Assembly (NCBI GenBank): GCA_965221695.1
Contig: OZ244905.1
Coordinates: 576,001-640,000, forward strand
Direction of reading: 5' to 3'
Length of the DNA stretch: 64,000 bases
Origin: Gammaproteobacteria bacterium
Lineage (GTDB): Bacteria > Pseudomonadota > Gammaproteobacteria > Eutrophobiales > Eutrophobiaceae
Shown one piece after another: positions 59,583 through 64,000 of the stretch. The notes below the pieces were generated by a model, which made no database searches, was not told where the DNA came from, and saw only the letters and a program-made list of their open reading frames with translations. Each line of letters begins with the position of its first letter. The first letter of the stretch is position 1. A program made the translations under genes and the position numbers.

Positions 59583-60128
59583 TTACGCTCGTTTGGGGGT
59601 ATAAGCCTGTCCTGTCTCCAATAAATCTTCTAGCCTGTAACGGGCGATCCGGAACACCTGCTCGAGGCATTCGTTGAACTCATCTTCGGGATTGTTTTCC
59701 AGGCGCTCCTGAAAACGAGCAATGATCTTATCCGGATTGAGTCCTTTCACCGCAAGAATGAAGGGAAAGCCAAATCGGTCCCGGTAGCGCTGGTTCAGAT
59801 CAGCCAACTGGGCCGCCTGTTCGTCCTCCCGCTGCTGCAGACCGGCCCGAGCCTGTTCATCCGCAGAATACCCCGCCAGGGACTTCTTGACCCCCAACTC
59901 CGGATGTGCGTGTAGCAGGGCCAACTGCCGCTCCTGTCCTGCATTCCTGACGGCCGTAAACAAAGCTTCGGTCACCTGCGCTAGATTCCGGAAAGGCCTG
60001 GACTGCCATGCCGTCTCGGCTACCCAGGGCGAATCCTCAAAAATGCCGCCGAATACTGCAACAAAGTCATCTCTGCGCATTTCACTAATATCACTGAGGT
60101 GGTATTGAATAGGGCTGGGATCTTTCAT
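59583..60128 (-). CDS. uraD: OHCU decarboxylase
   Basis: FEDSPWVAE, AHPEL, S..EQ..AGL, RFGFPFILAVKG, IA.YRL. Confidence 0.9.
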   Translation of the reverse strand: MKDPSPIQYHLSDISEMRRDDFVAVFGGIFEDSPWVAETAWQSRPFRNLAQVTEALFTAVRNAGQERQLALLHAHPELGVKKSLAGYSADEQARAGLQQREDEQAAQLADLNQRYRDRFGFPFILAVKGLNPDKIIARFQERLENNPEDEFNECLEQVFRIARYRLEDLLETGQAYTPKRA

Positions 60129-60267
60129 GGGAAATAGATGATCTGCTGTGTTAGTTTTACTGACTGCTCTGCGCCCTGATCATTAGGGTTTAAATATGGT
60201 GTAAAAATATCTGTCTGCTGAAGGTACAGCCAATATATTGTAACCGAAGACCTGTGCTCAGCGCTGA

Positions 60268-61440
60268 CTACATTACGACTGATTTATCCTTGCTCAACAG
60301 CCAACGACCTGAGGCAAAAAGGACGAACACCAGGCAGACTGCGATAAATACCAGCGGAAAGCCGCCGGGATCTTGCAGATCCATGGCGGCGCCGGTGAAT
60401 GGTGGCCAGATCAGGCTGCCTATGCCCCAAAGCAAGCCTAGGGAGACATTCGCCGTTACCAGGTCGCTGCCGCGGAAATGCTGGCCAATGATGGTCAGCA
60501 CAGCAGTGTACATGCCGGCAAATGCGCCGCCCCAACTGAACAGCAGCAGGTACAGAAACAGCCGATTATCGACGGCATAAGGTAGCAGGACTGCGCCGGC
60601 CAGACCGCCCAGACCGCAACACACCAACAAACCGTACCGGCTGAACTTGTCCGCGAGCCACCCCAAAGGATAAGACAATGATACCCCTCCAGCGCCGATC
60701 ACGGTCAGCATGATCGCGGCCTCGCCTTCGCTCATCCCGTTGCGCGTGCCATAGACCGGCAATAATGCATTGCCTGCTGTTTCCTTAAGGGAGAATAACA
60801 GTACCGCGGCAACCAGGGTTGGCGCCAAGCACATGAAGCTGAAAATATTGAACGACCGTTCATCGCGGCTTGACAAACGGTGCGGTCCGGTCCAGATTAA
60901 AGGCAGCGCGGCCAAGGCAATGAAAGCCGCGCCAACCAGAAACGGAGCCCAACCCTGTATGCCCACCGCCGGGATCGCCAGCGGTCCCAAGGCAATGGTC
61001 GCGGCAAGCAGGGCATTATAGAGACCCATGAGCCTGCCCCGGTTGGCGTCATTGACGATTTCGTTGATCCAAGTCTCACTCGTCACCAGCATGCAGTTGG
61101 TCATTGCGCCCAAAAACATGCCCAGGACAAACCAGACATACAGGTTATCGAAGCGGGGGAATTGCAACAATACTACCAGGTCAATGGCCAGGACAATGAT
61201 CAGAAAACGCCGCATGCCCAGTTTTTCGACCAGTATCGGGATGAATGGGGAAGAAACAAATATGCCTATGGCCGGCATGGCGGCATTCAAACCGATGATG
61301 CTGCGATCAATGTCTCGCGTTTCCAGGAGCAGAGCCAGCAAGGGCCGACTCAGTCCCAGGGTAAAACCGTACATTGCCACGCAAGCGAAGATGGCAAACA
61401 GGGCTGTTTGTCTATTTTTCTGAATACGGGCGCTTGTCAT
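60268..61440 (-). CDS. MFS transporter
   Basis: 12-TM pattern, ETWINE...RGRLMGLY, PLGWLADK. Confidence 0.88.
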   Translation of the reverse strand: MTSARIQKNRQTALFAIFACVAMYGFTLGLSRPLLALLLETRDIDRSIIGLNAAMPAIGIFVSSPFIPILVEKLGMRRFLIIVLAIDLVVLLQFPRFDNLYVWFVLGMFLGAMTNCMLVTSETWINEIVNDANRGRLMGLYNALLAATIALGPLAIPAVGIQGWAPFLVGAAFIALAALPLIWTGPHRLSSRDERSFNIFSFMCLAPTLVAAVLLFSLKETAGNALLPVYGTRNGMSEGEAAIMLTVIGAGGVSLSYPLGWLADKFSRYGLLVCCGLGGLAGAVLLPYAVDNRLFLYLLLFSWGGAFAGMYTAVLTIIGQHFRGSDLVTANVSLGLLWGIGSLIWPPFTGAAMDLQDPGGFPLVFIAVCLVFVLFASGRWLLSKDKSVVM

Positions 61441-62329
61441 GCCAGTGTTTAGCTATTTCCACCCGCCGGCAGATCCAGACTTTATCGTGTTCTAGCGCAT
61501 AATCCAGGAACCGCTCCAATGCAGCCGCCCTGCCCGGCTTACCGATAAGACGGCAGTGCAAACCGACGGACATCATCTTCGGCACGGTCTCGCCTTCCCT
61601 ATAGAGCAGGTCGAAGGCATCCCGCAGATAGCTGAAAAAATGCTCGCCGGTGTTAAAGCCCTGACTGGTGGCAAAACGCATGTCATTGGCATCCAAGGTA
61701 TACGGCACAACCAGGTGGGGCTTGCCGTTCACCAACTCCCAGTAAGGCAAATCATCCGCGTAGGAATCTGCGTCATAGAGAAAACCGCCATGCTCGACGA
61801 CCAGGCGGCGGGTATTCGGGCTGTCACGACCAGTGTACCAGCCTAACGGCTGGCTGCCCGTCAACGCAGTGATCGTATTCACTGCCAGTCTGATGTGCTC
61901 GCGCTCGGTATCTTCGTCGACAAACTGGTAATTAATCCAGCGCCAGCCGTGGCTTGCTATCTCATGTCCGTCTTCCAGCATAGCCTGTGCGGCCTCGGGG
62001 TTGCGCTGCAACGCCATTGCCACCCCGAATACGGTGACCCGGATGTTTCGCTCGCGCAAGATGCGCAGCAGCCGCCAGAAACCGGCCCTGCTACCGTATT
62101 CATACAAAGACTCCATGCTCTTGTGGCGCGCGCCGGCATAGGCTTCGGCGCCGATAATCTCAGATAAAAAAGTCTCGGATGCGGCATCTCCGTGCAATAC
62201 AGAATTTTCCGCGCCTTCCTCGTAGTTGAGCACGATCTGCAACGCAAGGCGCGCGCCGTTTGGCCATTGCGGATCGGGCGGATTTGCCCCGTAGCCGATT
62301 AAATCTCTTGGGTAAGCCTGATCACTCAT
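61412..62329 (-). CDS. puuE: Allantoinase PuuE
   Basis: YPRDLIGYG, NYEEG, YEYGSRAGFWR, HGWRW, PYTLDANDMRF, GLHCRL. Confidence 0.95.
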   Translation of the reverse strand: MSDQAYPRDLIGYGANPPDPQWPNGARLALQIVLNYEEGAENSVLHGDAASETFLSEIIGAEAYAGARHKSMESLYEYGSRAGFWRLLRILRERNIRVTVFGVAMALQRNPEAAQAMLEDGHEIASHGWRWINYQFVDEDTEREHIRLAVNTITALTGSQPLGWYTGRDSPNTRRLVVEHGGFLYDADSYADDLPYWELVNGKPHLVVPYTLDANDMRFATSQGFNTGEHFFSYLRDAFDLLYREGETVPKMMSVGLHCRLIGKPGRAAALERFLDYALEHDKVWICRRVEIAKHWHDKRPYSEK

Positions 62330-62375
62330 ATCTTATTAAACACTGTACAGGTGATATGTTAAAAAAACCATTATA

Positions 62376-63491
62376 ATGAAGCCCACAAAACAATCAGACT
62401 TTATCTCTGGCAATTACCCTATGGAAGAAGACTCCAGACTGCACGACATCAGGCACGCGTTTGTCGACCTGGCCGACAACCGCATGGGCGCCAAGGCAAT
62501 TTATTGCACTGATGATTTCTTTGCGCCCATGGAGAACCTGATAAAACCGGAGGAACCTGTGCATATACCCGGCAAGTTTACCGAGCACGGCAAGTGGATG
62601 GACGGCTGGGAATCCCGGCGCCGGCGCAGTGAGGGGCATGACTACTGTATCGTACGCCTGGGTGTAACCGGCATTATCAAGGCTGTGGACATCGATACCC
62701 GGTATTTTACCGGCAACTATCCGGCCCAGGCATCACTGGACGCGTGTTATTCGGAAGATCTACCGGACCAGACGACAAAATGGACAGAGATCATCCCAAA
62801 GTCCAGCCTGGAAGGCAATTCTCATAACATATTCGATTCCGACGATATCAATATCTGGACTCATGTCCGTTTGAACATCTATCCGGATGGGGGTGTGGCA
62901 CGTCTGCGCGTATACGGTCATGTCTACCGGGACTGGTCTGATGTAAGCAGCAAGCAGTTGATTGACCTGGCTGCAGTGGAGAATGGCGGCAGGACACTGG
63001 CCTGTAACGATGAACATTTCGGTTCCATGGGCAATATCAATATGCCTGGCCGGGGCATCAACATGGGCGACGGCTGGGAAACCCGGCGCCGGCGTGACGC
63101 TGGCCATGACTGGCTCATCCTGCAACTCGGTCATGCCGGAATCATCGATAGTATTAACATCGACACCGCTTTTTTCAAGGGCAACTACCCCGACCGGGTC
63201 AGCCTGGATGCCCTGAACCTGGCCGGTTTTACAAAGGACGCGCCCACACTGGAAGAAGTTGCCTGGCATGATGTCATCGGTCTCATCCTGGAGCAGAACC
63301 CTGATGCACTGCTTGAGAATGGAGCCAGTTGGCAGATACTCTTGCCTGAATACAAATTGGGACCTGACCAAGAGCACATCTTGACAGAAGAGTTGCAGGA
63401 CACAGGGCCGGTCAGCCATATCCGGATCAACATACACCCTGACGGCGGCCTCAGCCGCTTACGAGTACTTGGCTACAAATATAGCGATTAA
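62376..63491 (+). CDS. alc: Allantoicase
   Basis: DGWESRRRR and DGWETRRRR repeats, F.GNYP twice, PDGG twice. Confidence 0.93.
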   Translation: MKPTKQSDFISGNYPMEEDSRLHDIRHAFVDLADNRMGAKAIYCTDDFFAPMENLIKPEEPVHIPGKFTEHGKWMDGWESRRRRSEGHDYCIVRLGVTGIIKAVDIDTRYFTGNYPAQASLDACYSEDLPDQTTKWTEIIPKSSLEGNSHNIFDSDDINIWTHVRLNIYPDGGVARLRVYGHVYRDWSDVSSKQLIDLAAVENGGRTLACNDEHFGSMGNINMPGRGINMGDGWETRRRRDAGHDWLILQLGHAGIIDSINIDTAFFKGNYPDRVSLDALNLAGFTKDAPTLEEVAWHDVIGLILEQNPDALLENGASWQILLPEYKLGPDQEHILTEELQDTGPVSHIRINIHPDGGLSRLRVLGYKYSD

Positions 63492-63492
63492 T

Positions 63493-64000
63493 ATGGAGAA
63501 AATTTACATCCGTTCCCAGCAACTACTGGAAGACTCGTTCCGCCTGGCTGCGACCATCTACGCCAGCGGTTTCCGTCCTCATTTCATCGTGGGAATCTGG
63601 CGCGGCGGTTCGCCGGTAGGCATTGCTGTTCAGGAATATTTTGAATTTCGCGGCGTGCAGACAGACCATATTGCCATCCGCACTTCTTCCTACACCGGGA
63701 TCGGCAAACAATCGAAGCTGATCCGCGTGCACGGCCTGCATTATATTATCGAAAACGTGAATGCCGAGGATGCCCTGCTCATCGTCGATGACGTGTTCGA
63801 TTCCGGCCGCAGCATCAAGGCGGCGCTGGATGAACTGAAAGAAAAGACCCGACGCAATATGCCCGTCAATTTGAAAGTCGCCTGTCCCTGGTACAAGCCG
63901 GGAAATAACAAAACAAACATTGTGCCGGACTATTACATTCACGAAACCGACAAATGGCTGGTATTTCCGCACGAACTTGCCGGGTTGACCATTGAGGAAA
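63493..64000 (+). CDS. Purine (hypoxanthine/xanthine) phosphoribosyltransferase, truncated by window end
   Basis: Manual translation from ATG 63493: MEKIYI...IWRGG...LLIVDDVFDSGRS (PRPP motif)...WLVFPHE; absent from the ORF track because no stop is in the window. Confidence 0.88.
   Translation, partial: MEKIYIRSQQLLEDSFRLAATIYASGFRPHFIVGIWRGGSPVGIAVQEYFEFRGVQTDHIAIRTSSYTGIGKQSKLIRVHGLHYIIENVNAEDALLIVDDVFDSGRSIKAALDELKEKTRRNMPVNLKVACPWYKPGNNKTNIVPDYYIHETDKWLVFPHELAGLTIEE

Overview
Chromosomal segment of a Gammaproteobacterium; a marine or host-associated lifestyle is suggested but not proven. The housekeeping backbone is cysS-lpxH, ampE-ampD-nadC, metH, a bkd operon, hemW, rdgB-rph, yicC and purine-catabolism genes. 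Accessory blocks interrupt it: (i) a methylotrophy-type cluster with a MoxY/MxcQ-like kinase and NarL regulator, fchA, mtdA, a TonB-dependent receptor carrying a ~55-residue Asp/His repeat, and folE; (ii) an AT-richer stretch at the 3' side of tRNA-Thr with hicB, a deletion-inactivated hicA and a GntH/RNase Z-like MBL protein; (iii) a molybdenum hydroxylase with a CoxG-large subunit fusion, facing a tpm-molybdoenzyme-LLM operon; (iv) F420 genes cofC and npdG; (v) an AT-rich acdS between two copies of a dead integrase fragment next to tRNA-Gln; (vi) an island between rph and yicC with an FG-GAP-containing serralysin, a HigB remnant, a divergent RlmJ-like protein and a Schlafen/AlbA_2 protein. 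An SAH riboswitch precedes metH. Intergenic DNA carries about ten full or partial copies of a ~30-bp palindrome with IS5-like ends that abuts several stop codons, plus three other short repeat families. All calls come from reading motifs by eye; no database search was run.
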